Part shown: one piece after another, positions 1 to 16,288 of the stretch
Layout: each line of letters starts with the position of its first letter
How positions within the stretch are numbered: the stretch's first letter is position 1
DNA from: Octopus vulgaris
Taxonomy: Eukaryota
NCBI GenBank assembly: GCA_951406725.2
Contig: OX597830.1
Coordinates: 64,108,001-64,172,000, forward strand
DNA length: 64,000 nt
Direction: 5' to 3'
Notes under the pieces: model-generated
Seen by the model: the letters and a program-made list of their open reading frames with translations, nothing else
What the model was told of the DNA's origin: nothing
The model's database searches: none
Program-made: the position numbers and the translations under genes

Positions 1-204
1 TGCATAGGCTTCAAACTCAGATGGTCCATCATCGGATCAGCTGCACCTTATTTAAATAATAGAACAGGATGCCAACTATGTTGTGTAGAACTCCTGAACA
101 TCTTAAAATTCAAAGACAAACACAATCTTATTAACAAAAGGTCAGAGTTCAAACCATCCTGTATACACAAACTTATTAATACTTTCAAATACTACAAAGC
201 TTAG
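1..204 (+). mobile_element. 3' end of Penelope-like element ORF (C-terminal endonuclease region)
   Basis: Frame 1 reads CIGFKLRWSIIGSAAPYLNNRTGCQLCCVELLNILKFKDKHNLINKRSEFKPSCIHK...*. This is the W-x-I...CxLC..E...NKRSE...CxH pattern also seen in the Penelope copy at 38211-38504. Confidence 0.75.
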
Positions 205-1544
205 GTTTTACACCAACTCCCCCATGCAATTTCCTCCCACCCGGTGCAACCTGTCGGCTCCAGCACATCCCGCTTTCCTATATGTGCGTGTATATGCGTA
301 TGTGTGTGTGTATGTATATGTATGTGCACATATGTGTACGTATATGTACATATATATATATATATATATGTGTGCGTGTGTATGTGTGTGTGTGGGTGTG
401 TGTATGTGCATATATGTTTCCCTGCATTTTCCTCCTATATATACAAATTTTGTCTCCCATATATGACTTCTTTTCCCTAAATATTTCTTCTACACCCATA
501 TCCTTCCTATATAGTCTCTTTACTTCCCTATATCTATACCCTTTCACATTTCTAACTCGGATGTTGAACGCACACCGCCAAACTCCACTTCCCACCCTTC
601 CAATTTTCAGTTCCCCCCGCCCGCCCCTACGCGGGCACTTTTAACACACACCTCTAACTTTCAACCACCTTCATCTCATGTTAAACTTTACCAAATTATA
701 TTTTTATCTTATTTTATTTTATTTTTATTTTTACTTTTATTTTTACTTTTATTCTACTTCCATTTATTCTCATTTTTATTTTCATCCCTTACCTTAACTC
801 TTATAATTTTTATAATTTTTATATTTCATTTCTAACTATTACATTGTATTTCTTATTTTATACTGTATTTCTTACTTTTATTTCTAATTTTTACCCTTAC
901 CCTCATTCTTACCCCTAACTTATCGCTTTACATCTCTATATATCTCTATATATGTTTATTTACTTACCTCTATATATGTTTATTTACTTACCTATGGATC
1001 CACTTTTTGACTATACGAGCGTCCGTGTACGTATGTATTCGCATACATACATATACACGCGCATATGTGTACATGCATATTTTAATATCTTATAACTATA
1101 CCCATATGCGCGTATGTCCCTGTGTGTGTATGTAAGTGTATATGTGCACGCACATACGGACACACAGCCGTGTGTGCGTGCACGTATAGACATGAGTGCG
1201 TGATTCTTTACATACGTTCTTATATACATCCTTTAATATCTTATATCTAGACCTGGAAGCGTGGGCATATGCGTGTGTGTATGTAGGGATGGGCGCGCGT
1301 ATGTACATGTGAGTGTGTACACGTATAGTGTCCGTGTATACATGCGGATATTCTGTTGTATGTATGTATGTGTACGCGCGTGGGTGTGTGTGTGTTTATG
1401 TACATGTTTACACGCGAGTGCGTGTGTATGCTTATAGGCTTGGAGGCGTATATGTACGCGTGTATATGGGTGTATGTATCCATGATGGTATGTATGTACT
1501 AGAAGTCCAATTAATTCAAGGAACCAGATTAAACGCTCAACAGC

Positions 1545-2208
1545 TCTGATTTACAACACATTAGGTCCCCAGACGAAACTGTTGATTTACTGACAATTCT
1601 ACAACTAAATTTTATCAATCTCCTGACCACCATGCTTGGTCCGTAACCTCTATACATCTCTTATCTTTATATTTTTTTACATTTTTATCATGTTTTTTTA
1701 CTTTTATTTCTATTTCTATTTTTACTTTATAACCTTATGCCTTTACATTTATTTATATTTCTTTATATTTCTTTATATTCTTTATACCCCCTTTACATCT
1801 CCTTATATCTCTTTATATCTTTATGCTCTACATTTTTATATTTTTCTATACTTACACTTTTTATACATTTTTTATCCCTCGTCCTGAATTCTCGCCCCTC
1901 CATCTTCACGTCTATATATGTATTTATTTATTTACATTACTTCAACATCCAATTTTCCTCATTCTACATTGAGAGAAGAAAGAGATGGACGCTTCAATTC
2001 TATGCTGCTGCCGCATTATGTCGTACGCGAATGAGAGGATTTGCATCCCCAACCAAGAATTTTTGATGTAACACATGTCCTTGTGGAAGCTGTTGTGCGC
2101 GGCTGAAGAAGGCCACAGACATACATTATGCATTGTTATAAATCTGTCTAATAAAGGCCCGAAACATATGTACCGCTGAATCCTTCGCATCATGTTTTTA
2201 TTTTGATC
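1545..2208 (+). mobile_element. Penelope-like pseudo-LTR/3' terminal repeat; second copy at ~41380-42065
   Basis: Near-identical to 41380-42065 (shared ...YAxAALxRTRMRGFASPTKNF text), contains a hammerhead motif and lies downstream of a Penelope endonuclease fragment. Confidence 0.65.
2099..2176 (+). ncRNA. Type I hammerhead ribozyme (Penelope-type)
   Basis: GCGG-CUGAAGA-aGGCC...GGCCc-GAAA-CAUAUG-UA-CCGC: stem I GCGG/CCGC, intact core, palindromic minimal stem III, GUA cleavage triplet. Confidence 0.8.
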
Positions 2209-2209
2209 A

Positions 2210-2287
<78 letters not shown>

Positions 2288-2434
2288 AAACACACACTCA
2301 TACACACCTACATACACACATATATATATATATGTGTGTTATATGTATATATCTTATGGCTCCGTGCAACTCTCATCAGATTTCATATCCAAGAACCCAT
2401 CTTTTCTAGAAGGCAAATATTTCTGATAAGGACT

Positions 2435-3560
2435 TTGTTGCGTTGAAATCTTGACGACCCTGTTGGGGTAGCAAGTGAATTGCCCTGAACCTTATAAAGG
2501 CGCATGTGTACTGACAGGGCGAGGTATATAGTGTGGTGTGTGCAGCCGCATTTGCGAAGGCAGTCGTAGAAGTCTTTGAGAAGAGATATAAGTTTGTTAC
2601 GTGTTTGTTACTGATTTCGTTTATGTAGTGTTATAGCACTGTTACAGAGTTGTCTATATCCAAACTGAAGGATATAAAAGTGGCGACGAGATATTCGAAG
2701 CTCACTGTGGACGTTCTTAACATGGAAGACCTATCAGCTTCCGTGGTATATTTGCAATGGCAACTACTACGACAACAACAAGAACAACGGCAACTACGAC
2801 AACAACAACAACAGCAAAATCAACAGTTGTTGGAATTATTGCTGCAGTCCAAAAACACTTCGGGTTCGTTTTCGGTAGACGGGGGTTGCTAATTCAATTC
2901 GAGAATTTACTTATAATCCAGAAGGGATTACGTTTTCTGTATACTTCAGAAGGTATGAAGGAATCTTCAAAGAAGAATGTAGCAACTGGACGGATTTCTT
3001 TTAAGGAAATTATCACCCGCAAAACATGAAAAGTATTTTAATTACATCCTGCCGAGAAAACCATCCGAAATTTGTTTCGAGGAAATAATTAACCTTTTAT
3101 CTCAAATATTCATTGAGAGAAGTTCACAATTTGATATTCGCTGGGAGTGCTTGAATTTGAAAAAAAAAAAGCAAAAGAAGCTGAAGACTTCGTCACGGAA
3201 TCGTAAACAGCGAATGTGAAAAATTTAAACTAAACGAATTAACTCCGGACATGTTCAAATGTCTAATCTTTCTACAAGAATTAACTGCAAGCAACGATGC
3301 AGAGATACGGGCTCAGATATTGATAAAACTAGAACAAGATTCGAAACTAACTCTACAGGCAGTGGCTGCAGAATGCCAAAGGATTATAAATTTACGACAG
3401 GTCACAAAAAACAAAACAAAATAAACAAACAAACTGAAGACGATTATTCAGATATGCATATGTTGTCGACCTGTAACAGACAAGAAAAAAGAAAAACAAG
3501 TCGAGACCCAAACCACGCTATGGGTATGGAAAAATATATTCTAAAAGAATCTTAAATGTT
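2435..3560 (+). mobile_element. Gypsy LTR retrotransposon 5' remnant (LTR, PBS, degenerate gag)
   Basis: PBS-like TGGCGACGAG at 2681, followed by a Gln-rich gag-like start MEDLSA...QQQQ and frameshifted gag-like segments (CEKFKLNELTPDMFKCLIFLQ). Confidence 0.6.
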
Positions 3561-4669
3561 TTGAATGTGAAAAACAAAAAAAAAACAAAAACCTAAGTCA
3601 ATTCCCCCCTACCAAAGAAACACAAAAAAAAAAAAACACGGTAGAGATCTCGTGATAGTATGGCGATTATAGAAAAGCGTCTGAACTTATCTAATCATGC
3701 TGCAGGAATTTCGCAAATGAACTTGCTGCCATTCAAAGGTTTACAATAATTTCTCACACTCATTCTTTTCATACAAAGACTTGATCAACAACCCTGACTT
3801 TTGCAATTGAAAGCACAACAGTTGCCTCTGGCGCTAAAAATCTTACAAAAGGAAATATCAGTCGGTGTCAACCTGTCTGTTTTTCTGTTTATTTGGACAA
3901 TAAAACTCCTGTTATTTCTAATACCAACATTAAAAGAGTTATATGTTCGGCTCTAGAATCGCAGGAGACACTAATATAACTCGAAAGTCCTTTGCCAAAG
4001 TTCTTTCTTGGGAATTTCTAGAACTGTGTTTCTCAAACATTTTTTTTTTGTTTATGGACCCCTTTCATTCTTATTTTACTCGGATGGACCCTCCGACCGT
4101 ACGATTCTTTTATTTTATTTGTTTCAGTCATTTCACTGTGGCCATGCTGGAGCACCGCCTTTAGTCGAACAAATCGACCCCAGGACTTAATCTTCACCTG
4201 AAGAGCTTTAAATCTTCATTATTTTCTTCATCATCGTCTTAAATCAATATTCATTATTGGTAGATTACCGTAGATTTTACTTTATTTTTATTAAATTATT
4301 ATTAAATATTATGATAGATCGTTAGCCACTACACACACTTTTTCCCTTTTTGTTTCTCTCCTTGTTTCTTTCTGTGTTCCTTTCTGTGGAAGAGCGTTGG
4401 CTCGACCCTACGCTCTTCCACAGAAAGCCTTGTAAATGGATTTGGTAGACGGAAACTGAAAGAAGCTCGTCGTATGTATATATTTGTGTGTCTGAGTTTG
4501 TCTACTCACCATCGCTTGACAACTGATGTTGGTGTGTTTACGTCCCTATAACTTAGCGGTTCGGCAATAGACCGATAGAATAAGTACTACGCTAAGTAGA
4601 TAAATTAATCTCAGCAGCAGGTATTGACGTTCATACATTCTTCACTTTCTCCTCTCTTTCACTTTAAAA

Positions 4670-6073
4670 AAAGAGGCAGTGTCGATCGACGGAGTGATGC
4701 CCTGACTACAGAGCCAAATATTCCCCTCCATTACCCACACCTTCAGACAAAACCTCCACCGGCACCTCCAAAACCGCAGTCACCTACTCCTTCAACTACA
4801 TATGTCACTCCCACACGTTCTGGAAGACGAGTTCATTGGCCTAAGAAATTATGCGAAACTGTTTTCATTTGAACTCTCTTCCTAGCGCCCGACTTTTGTT
4901 GCATCTAATTTGTTTGATTTTCTTGTTCGAGTGCACATTTACACCTCACTGTGTTTCTACGTGCATTTTTTCTGATTTATATGGCCCTTTTTTTTATTGT
5001 ATATTCCTTTTTGTTAAGCACCCTGTCATTTGCATATTGAATTCTGGAATTTTGAAATAGTTTCGAAACTATTGTTTTCCTTATGCAACGAACTGCACCA
5101 TTTTTCTGCACATGCTTTATCTCCAGCTTCTACACGAACTGAACTTATATTCTACATTGCTTGCATGTTTTCTTGTTGCATTAGCAATTGTTTTTGCACA
5201 TTTTCCGTTTCCCTCATGCTTGTGTATTCGTATTCGCATTCGCATTAATTCACTAGCATGTTTTCCAATGCTTTGATCTCCTATTCCACATCCCTTTTTG
5301 CACATCTTGTCTGTGATGCACAGTTCTCAGTTCGAGGCTTTTTGCATCAGTCTCTGCAAACGGTGTTATTCTTCACGGTGCTGCTGCATATATTTGCACT
5401 TTCTATTTTTCGGCTCCTGCATATTTTATTGCAATTTTGGCTGGTACATCCATGCATTCCAGCTTTCCTTGATTTGTACTTTTGGCTGCCAGTTCTAAAC
5501 TTTCTGCCACTCAGAGACCAGTCTCTCTCTGCTCAACAAGTTGCGACGGATACTTTTCTTCCTAGCGATAACAGAAAGTAGGTTTTTACATTTCCTTCCT
5601 TTCCTCCGCCTTTTGTGCCATTCTTCTGCTCCGCTACAAATTCTCAAAAATTATCGACAATGGTCTCGGAGGGGGATCATCTAGCAGAGTGAAGGTAACT
5701 GAATTACGTTCCTTTTGATGATTTAGACCACCAGTGACGTGACAGCCGACACCTATATATTCCAGCGTTTGGCGCTTTCTCCCTCTCTTTTGTCAATTTG
5801 GTACGTACAAGGAGCACCATCTCACTTCTGCCTTATGTCACGAACCATGTGCCTTATCGTCATTCTATCGATGTCTGTCTAAGCCGATTTCTTATCATCG
5901 TTGCCACGATTCTGCCTGCTATGAATTCATTACAGTAAGTACCAGCCGCGAACTGAATATGTTTTTTACTACACACATATTTCTGTTACTTTTACAATTT
6001 TCTCTAGCGTCTAAGTAACTCTTACTGGTCATTCAAAGATACCCAAGACACGAGGACAGTCGATTTCTTACAA
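4670..6073 (+). mobile_element. Gypsy LTR retrotransposon 3' remnant (pol tail, PPT, probable 3' LTR)
   Basis: Pro-rich integrase tail ending TRSGRRVHWPKKL (~4812-4850), G-rich PPT-like tract at ~5667-5676, then ~400 bp ending in ...CTTACA. Boundaries approximate. Confidence 0.45.
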
Positions 6074-6692
6074 CATAGAAGCTGTGTTTGTACCAGCCTC
6101 TAATAAATCTAAATTGTTATGGTAAAACAGTTTTCATCTTTTTCTACACACCTGACACGCTAAAAGCCTAAAGAGAAGGTACCTGAGGACTCTCCTCTTT
6201 GACCCACCCAAGAATAATGTGTGGAGAAAATGGCTGACTTGTTGGCTGACAGACTGCTTTAATTCATAGAATTCGTGTTATTTGGCCACGCTCTTTGTCT
6301 GAAAACACTTCTGTTTCCAGATTATTACTTGAACTAAGTCTATGTTTAAATATGCACTTAGTATGTATGTAAATTTAAAATCTAATTATTTTCTTAGATT
6401 ATAAACTTACATATATACCAAGTGTAGGTTTCTAATCAGTTGATCATAAGATACCAAATACACACGTGTGTAAGGTGCAAACGTAGTCTGTTAATACGCG
6501 AGTGAGTCTTCGTGGTAAGTCTGCCGGCTACAAGTGAGATGTGCAACGGGGATCATGGTGCTTACAATGCAAGTAGGTCTGCAAAATGTGCTCTCGTACA
6601 AGTAAGTTTGTTGAATTTTCATAATGTAACTCTGCAGAAAACGAAATGAAATGAACAATCATGTTAATGTTTTGCAAAATTGATGAATGTGA

Positions 6693-7068
6693 CTAACTGT
6701 TGAACCCAGCGTTGCTCCTGTTTTCCGCGTTGAAGTTAAGTCCACCTCTGACCTTGTTTTGAATAAGCATTTCCTTAGAGACTATTCTATTGATTTTGTT
6801 GAAATTTTACATGTGAAAAAATGCAAAAGCTGCAGGAAAAATAACATCTTTATGAAAATTTCCATTGAAACGTCCGATTGAACTCACAAAAATCGATGCC
6901 AACTAAGTATTATCGAGTATTCGAAATATTCCGGTCTTATTTGAACTTCAGGGTATGGGATCTACCTATGTGCCAAAAATCATTAAAATCGGTTGGAAGA
7001 TGTGGGAGGAGTTAAAGTAACCCGCCGACACACACACACAGACACTATTACACATTTATGTATATAGA
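6693..7068 (-). mobile_element. Non-autonomous Helitron-like element
   Basis: Minus strand begins TCTATATACATAAATG and ends with a GC hairpin (GAGCAACGCTGGG) plus a degenerate CTAG (TTAG); same architecture as 28367-28760. Confidence 0.5.
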
Positions 7069-7805
7069 TTTGCTTTCATGCTACAGCGTTTTCTTAATGA
7101 ATGCTAATTAAAATATCGTCTCAGGTCACTATCAACCCTTGCCACTTTATTAGTGACTGGCTCGAACTCCACGAAAAAGAACTAAAATGAATCTGAAAGA
7201 AAAAATAAACGTACGTACACACAGAGACACACAAATACACATACGACATACACGTAGATACAGAAAAGTAAATAGAGACGAAATAAAGAAGAAACAACGG
7301 GACACCCATGTACATCAGTTGAAAACGAATAAGTTTATTCAGTTGTTTAAATTCATTTAAAAATATAGAATTGCGTTAAACATTTTGGAGATAAGTTTTA
7401 TTGGCGGAATTCGAACGCAGAACGTAAGGACGGGCGAAATGCTGCTAAGTATTATTGCTCGACGTGCTAACGAGTCTGCCAACTCGCTGCATTATAGTTA
7501 GTACTAATAATAATCCTTTCTACTGTAAGCACAAGGCCTGAAATTTGGGGGGAGGGGGACTAGTCGATTACATGAACCCCAGTGCGTAACTGGTACTTAA
7601 TTTATTGACCCTGAAAGGATGAAAGGCAAAGTCGACTTTATACTAATAACAGCATGAGAATAATCATGTTGGAAGAACATCGTAAAAAAACACCTGAGCA
7701 CACCGTTAACATCACATGTCTCTGGTCCTTAATCTGGGCAGTGACACCTTCTTGGGAGAATTGTCGGCTCACAAGGCGTTGATGAATGCCAAATGAGAGC
7801 GCTGG

Positions 7806-7905
<100 letters not shown>

Positions 7906-8411
7906 GGATTGTGATATTCTTTTAGAAATAAGACGTATAAATTCTTTTCTACTCTAGGTATAAGGCCGGAAATTTTTGGGAAGGGGACCAGTTGATTAGA
8001 TCGACCTCAGTACGCAACTGGTACTTAATTTATCGACCCCAGAAGGATGAAAGACAAAGTCAACCTCGGCGGAATTTGAACTTTGAACGTAAAGACAGAC
8101 GAAATGCTGCTAAGTATTTCGCACGGCGTGCTAACGTTTCTGTCAGATAAATTTATTCGTCTCCCACCCCTTTGAATTAATACGAAAAATACTATTTATT
8201 TTTATCGTACGTTTTATTTTTGTTGCTCCATTCTTCGTCTTCAACTTTTGCTTATCGTTTATGAAATTTGATTAAATTCTACCTCTTTTCAGGCATTTGA
8301 CGATGGAGTGTCAAGTAGGTTATAAGCGAACGAATTTATCTGACAACCCAATAATTTCAATATAGAAATCTTCGATTTCATTTGTTTGGGGAGGGCTTGT
8401 ATAATAAGGTG

Positions 8412-8660
8412 TGGAGGCGCGTGGCTTAGTGGTTAGGGTGTTGAACTCATGATCGTAAGGCTGTGGTTTCGATTCCTGGACCGGGCGATGCGTTGTGTTC
8501 TTGAGCAAAACACTTCATTTTCACGTTGCTCCAGTCCACTCAGCTGGCAAAAATGTGTAATCCTGCGACGGACCGGTGTCCCATCCAAGTGGGGAATTTC
8601 TATGCCACTGAAACCGGGAAACCGGCCCTTATGAGCCTGGCATGGCCTGTGAAGGAACAT
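8412..8660 (+). mobile_element. tRNA-derived SINE
   Basis: A box TGGCTTAGTGG and B-box-like GGTTTCGATTCC; related copies at 19873-20170, 31975-32190(-), 28880-29185(-) and 60884-61170. Confidence 0.7.
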
Positions 8661-9457
8661 TTTATATAATAAGGTAGGGGCACAAGCCCATGCAAATATT
8701 TAGAAAAAGAAAAAAAGTGGGGAGGGGGGCATATGAGGGTAGGATGAGATATCAGAAGATTAAATAGATTATAAACCACCGGGTTAAACGAGCTTCATAT
8801 AATCTGCTGGTTTTTATTTTCGCAAAACACGAGGAAGGAGCATTTGTAAATCGCCATTCTCTGAAAGCGGCCGAAAAATGTCAGGCATTGAGCTGACAGA
8901 AAACATAACTGATGTTACGGGAAGGTCTGTTTTTATTATTTAAGTCCTTATCTTCTTTAGTAGAGCTAGGGTATATACGATGGGGAAAGGTCACCAATGC
9001 ATGCAAATATATATAAAAAAAGAGAAAATAGAAGTATATATTGGATGGGTGGAAGATTGATTTCAAATTTTGGCACAAAGCCAGCAATTTTTGGGAAGAG
9101 ATAAATCGATTACATCGACCACAGTGTTAAACGGATATTTTATCGATTCCGAAGGGATGAAAGGCAAAATCGATCTTGGCGGCATTTGAATAGGATGGAT
9201 GGATGGAATATCAAAAAATCACATCGATTATAAGCTGTCTAAAATTAGCTTCTTAGTTGCTGATTGATTTTCTTTTCTTTTTTTTTTCTTGTTTTTTTTT
9301 CTTGTTTCTTTTGCAAATCACACGGAGAGAGTAGCTGTAAAGCAGCTTTCAGAGAAAGGAGTCCTGAGCTAAGAATGAGTGAAAACCCCTGAAAAGGAAG
9401 GCAATACCAAATGTAACCTGTCATTACTTGCAGCGGACTCTTGCAAAGATAAGACAG

Positions 9458-10844
9458 TTAATGTTGGCGAAACCGGTTGATCTCTTTTTCTATTAGAATA
9501 TCGTTTATAGGCTTCATCCAAATCGTGAAATGCCTCAAGAGATGCGAAGATTTGACAATTTCCATTCCGTGGATGAGGTGGGCCTTTTTGGTAACATTAC
9601 CAAATACTTTTGCTACAAAATGTAGATGATTGACAGTATAGGTTCTTCTGGGTAAAGCCAGTCGAACGTATTCAAAAGGGTGAGTGTGTTTCGACCCGTC
9701 TGGAGATTCACCAAACATTATATTACCGATTTCTCCGCATCGAATTCCACCTTCAATATATACGGCACAAGTAAGAGACCATGCAGGATATTTATCGAAT
9801 TCTAGATGCGGAAACGCTTCATTTGCCTTCACATAAACTGCGTGTGCACCGACCGGTTTAAAGACCGGAATGTTATTGTCCTCCAAGAAATCAGCCAACA
9901 ACTTTGCTTGATAAATTCTTGACCGAAGGTAATTTTCGTTCATGGCTTCAGAAATTCCTACAGTGCATGCAGCAAGATTTGCCCCAGTTATTCCACCAAA
10001 TGTTGAATAACCACTTTTGTATTCGACTACATCAAAGATTTCTTCGGCCCATTTATCGTCGTTGAAAGCCAAAAATCCACCTTCGTTGCTTATACCATCC
10101 TTCTTAAGAGACATAGTTGCTCCATCGAAATGAGAAAACATTTCATGTGCAATATCTATGATGGTGTGCTTTGAATATTTCTCGTCTAAGGTCTTGATAA
10201 AATAAGCATTTTCAACGAAACGACACGCATCCATGAAAACCGGGATATTATTTGTTCTACATAACTTCGTTATTACTTCTATATTTTCCATACTTACTGG
10301 AGCTCCAGCTACAACATTATTGGTGCAGGTAATTATTACAAGATGAATCCTCGATCCAAATTTATCTAGCGATTCCCTGAATTTTTCCACATCGATATCT
10401 CCCATAAACTTAGAAGAGGGGGTTGCTAAGTCTATCCCCATTGCACCAGATGATTCGACGTGTGCACGTGTTGTATCAAACAATGAATTGCTCAGTACAA
10501 CGCTGTTTTTATTCAGTAACAGTTTTGCTACCAATCCTTCTGCCCCTCTGCCTTGATGAACAGGGAATACATGTTTGAATTGCGTAATATGTCTGATGGT
10601 GCGTACAAACTGTACGACGTATTCCGAGTTAATGGTTGAATGGCCAGCGCTTATCATGGCGGACCACTGAGCTGCGCTTTGACTCCCAGTGCCAGAATCT
10701 GTCAGCAGATCAATGAATATATCATCTGATTTCAAAAGGAATGGATTGTAATGGGCTTTCTTCAGGCAATTCACGCGGTCTTCTCTTGAGATCAGCTTGG
10801 TGGGATAAAAAACCTTGATTTTGTAAGGTTCCATAGCGTGGAGA
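9458..10844 (-). CDS. Tryptophanase/TPL-like PLP lyase, paralogue A, main coding exon (keeps PLP Lys, lacks trans-acting Tyr)
   Basis: Intact 458-aa ORF with EPYKIK, YNPFLL, IDLLTDSGT, HQGRGAE, FDTT, DACRFVENA, MSLKKDG, GIRCGEIG, VRLALPRRTYT and LRHFT motifs. Polypyrimidine tract plus CAG acceptor immediately upstream of 10844. Confidence 0.95.
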
Positions 10845-10906
10845 CTGGCAAAGAGAAAGAAAAAAAAATGGAAATTAAGTTTAAAAAACTGTGTACAAGC
10901 TTGTCA

Positions 10907-12515
<1,609 letters not shown>

Positions 12516-14868
12516 GTGTGTGCGTGTACTTGTCTGTGCCTGCGCTTGCCTGTGTGTGTTCGTACACACATACGAACACCCACCCACACACCCACCCACA
12601 CACATGCACTCCCATGTCCCTATACTTGCATTGGGCGTTTGTGGTGTGGTTTCCATAACGATTCCCAAATGACAACCAATTCGCGTGTTTGTCGTAACAC
12701 TGCCTCTCACTGTAAAGACCCCCCCTCCTTTGGACATGAATGACCATGGGATTGCACCTAGAAAGTCCCCCCCCCCACACGACACAAATCCGGGCAAGGT
12801 TGTTTTGCATACCAGTCTCCCTTTCTCCATGTCACTGATGTTATCCAAGGGAAAGGCAAAGGGGCCGATACAGCTTGGCACTTGTGACATAGCAACTCAT
12901 TTCTACAGACGAGAGAACTGGAACACTATGAAATAAAGTGTCTTGCTCAAGAACACAAAACACACAGCCCAGTCCGAGAATTGAACTCACTACCTCATAC
13001 TTGTGAGCCCGACACTCTAACTACTGGGCCATGCGCCTTCACTATAAAGGGTAAAGACCCCTTTCAGTCGTGAATGACCATGGGATGTAGTGACAAGGTT
13101 TTCATACTTGCATACATGCAAGTATAGTCAGACCAGAGGTTTCATCCCAGGCTGATGAGACCGATAACTTACAGCATGTAATCTAGTATGACCGCCTGTT
13201 CCGTTGCACGCTCTCCCTTCTCCAGCTCTCTTCTCTGTTTGTCTGAGAATTAGTCCTATAACTCTATGATTTCATCGGTTGGGAAAAGTGAGTTTCGGAT
13301 CAGACGGCCCAAGTAAGTTGGAATTTCTCCGTTTTGACAGGAATTTTAAAAAATATTTTTCAACAAAGTCTTCCGAATGACGGGAGACATCTTTTCACGA
13401 AAAAAAAAAAAAAAAAAAAAGAAAAAATTTTGAAAAATTAATTTTTTTTCACTCGCACCCCAGTCCGAAACGATAATTTTTTTCTTTCACTACGCACTTA
13501 AAACCCATGAGAAAAACATTTTCGGTTAAAAAAAAAAAATTGTCAATAATTTCAGAGGAAAATGCGTGATTTAAGGGAGATCTGGCTGTTGTTTCTAGCA
13601 CACCTCAAGACCTCCCTCCTCGTTTCTTTCTCACTCACACATCTATTGATATTTTTCAATATCTTTTCGCCATAAACAAATTTTATGGAATGATGTTATC
13701 AAAGTAACTCACGTGTAGTCACAACCGTGCGAGGCCGCGTTATGCGCGCGCGCGTGTGTGCGTAAGAAAAAACCTCACCTAAAAACATCTTTAGTGTTCA
13801 TTTTAATCTTTCAAACGTAATGCTTATTTGTTCACTTTATTTAGAATTATTCAGGTTCAAGATTGGCGTCCGCAATATTTGCTTGTAACTTTGTAAATAT
13901 TTTACATACAGATTTGAAATTTTGTCAGTGGATGCTTTATATACCACTGGTTTATAGTTACATAATTTTAGCTGATCTTACTTTTATGGGCAGGTAAATT
14001 TAATTAACAGGTATAAAAGCAATAACATTATGGATAAACACTAAAATTGAAATTCTTAATGCATCTTACCTGTTTGATTTGTTACTATAATTATCCCAGA
14101 TGGCAACCGACAAAACCCGCTGCAAACCTGCCGCAAGCCACTTTTTTCCGGAAAAGAAATGTGGGAGGGGTAGTGGAAACCTCGAAGTTCTCCACCAAGG
14201 GAGTTTTTTCTTTTCCAGGTTATTTTGCTTGCTTTCAACGAATATGACATCGAGATCACACGTAAACGGCTCCCTTTTCCAGAAAAGGAAAGATTTGACT
14301 GCTATTTCTAGCATACTCTGCTCCCACGTAACAGCTATTTGCATTCACACTGAAATATTTTCGTTTACACCGAAATATTTACCAACATTTTCTTTCCATT
14401 TATTTTTTCCACTATGAAAATCAGTATTTTCTCTGTTGATATCCACCTCAGCGAGATCACGGATCAAGTGGAAACACATCAAACGTTGTTCCCTCTTGAC
14501 AGAACAAAGAAATTTCCTGCTGTCTTTGCAAACAACAAGCGGGTGGATTTGGTTTCAAATCCAGGCAGGACCGAAAGAGGTCCTGCAAATTATTTATAAT
14601 AAGTGGCGTTATATCGGGGTTGAAAGAATGTCATGTACAGTATTAAATATGCTAAAACAATCTGAAAACTACAGAAACTTTCAAGCGTTTACCAGATTTT
14701 ATGAGATTTTTGGGTTTAACTGACTTGAGTTAATGGAAGCTAAATGTAACGAAAGTTAATTAGTCCGATAATGATTTTCAAAGTTAGCTTAAAAGTTAAA
14801 TCGTTACCGAAAATGCTAACTTCATTAATTAACGATTAACAGATTTAACGGACTTACGCCCAGCTCTG

Positions 14869-15122
<254 letters not shown>

Positions 15123-15142
15123 TCTTTCTCTCTTTCTCCCCC

Positions 15143-15177
<35 letters not shown>

Positions 15178-15509
15178 CATATATATAATAAAATATTAGG
15201 GAATAAATCCAAACTTACAAGGAAAAATCAGATTTAGGATTAAATCCAATTTTATAGTATAAATATATTATATTATATTATAATAAATTAGAGATAAAAC
15301 CACTATTAGGCAAATCAAACAATGAAAAACATAAGCCAATACATAAAATTAATTCATTTATATTATTTTAAATATATATCAAAAGTATTAAAAGTTTAAT
15401 AAAAGATAAAGAGTAAAACATAAAATTATTTAATTTTATGTATTGGCTTATATTTTTCATTGTTTGATTTGCCTAATAGTGGTTTTATCTCTAATTTAAT
15501 ATAATATTC

Positions 15510-15564
<55 letters not shown>

Positions 15565-15986
15565 GTAAGCAGAGTTAGCGGATATAGTAACCGACTATGG
15601 GATAAAATATCCGCAGTATTTCCTATCGGTATCAGTTACCCATGCTATCGCTGGGTGTGGGTATGCAGGCACACTATGCTCGTTGGGTACAGGTAAGAAC
15701 AGAATAAACAAAAGTAAAGCAGGAATCAGATTTAAATAATCCAAAAAATGGAGAAAACTTTAGAACCGCGAGTCCGCTGCCCTAACCGCTGGGCCATTGC
15801 ACCTCCACACAAATGCTGATAGAACAGCAGAGAATGGATAAAATATTCATACAAAGCGGGAAAATATGTCAGCAACCATGTGGTTATTATCATATTTTCC
15901 TGCTTTATACGGATATTTTATCCTGTCTCTGCTGTTCTATCAGTGTTTGTGCGTTTGAAAATGTATTATTATCTAATTTGTATCTC

Positions 15987-16023
<37 letters not shown>

Positions 16024-16228
16024 ATACAAACAAGATAATAATATATAAGTAGCTTATATATGAGAAAAAGATCAGTAATATATTAGATCAGTGATATATT
16101 TATAGAAGGTTGATAGTTATGCCTGATCAGAGAGTGACCGTTAGTTTCGCTCCTATAAAGCGCTTAGCTGTATAGGTGACGTTTTTTCTCTCTCCAGTTG
16201 TAGAGAGGTTATATGCCTCCGGCCATTT

Positions 16229-16288
16229 GAGTCTGACGAGTCGCTTATAGAGCTAAGCGCTTTATAGGTGCGAAACCAATGGCCACTC
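16229..16288 (+). ncRNA. Degenerate type I hammerhead within an inverted repeat (16103-16180 / 16240-16317)
   Basis: GAGU-CUGACGA-stem II-GAAA-CCAAUG-GCC-ACUC. The cleavage triplet is mutated to GCC, while the inverted arm retains GUC. Confidence 0.6.

Noticed and set aside
14066-14344. Alternative phase-2 first exon for gene A (AG|GTAAGA at ~14068)
   Set aside because: It lies in repeat-like sequence and would add ~90 unrelated residues; the 16615-16634 exon parallels gene B better. Not fully excluded without RNA data.
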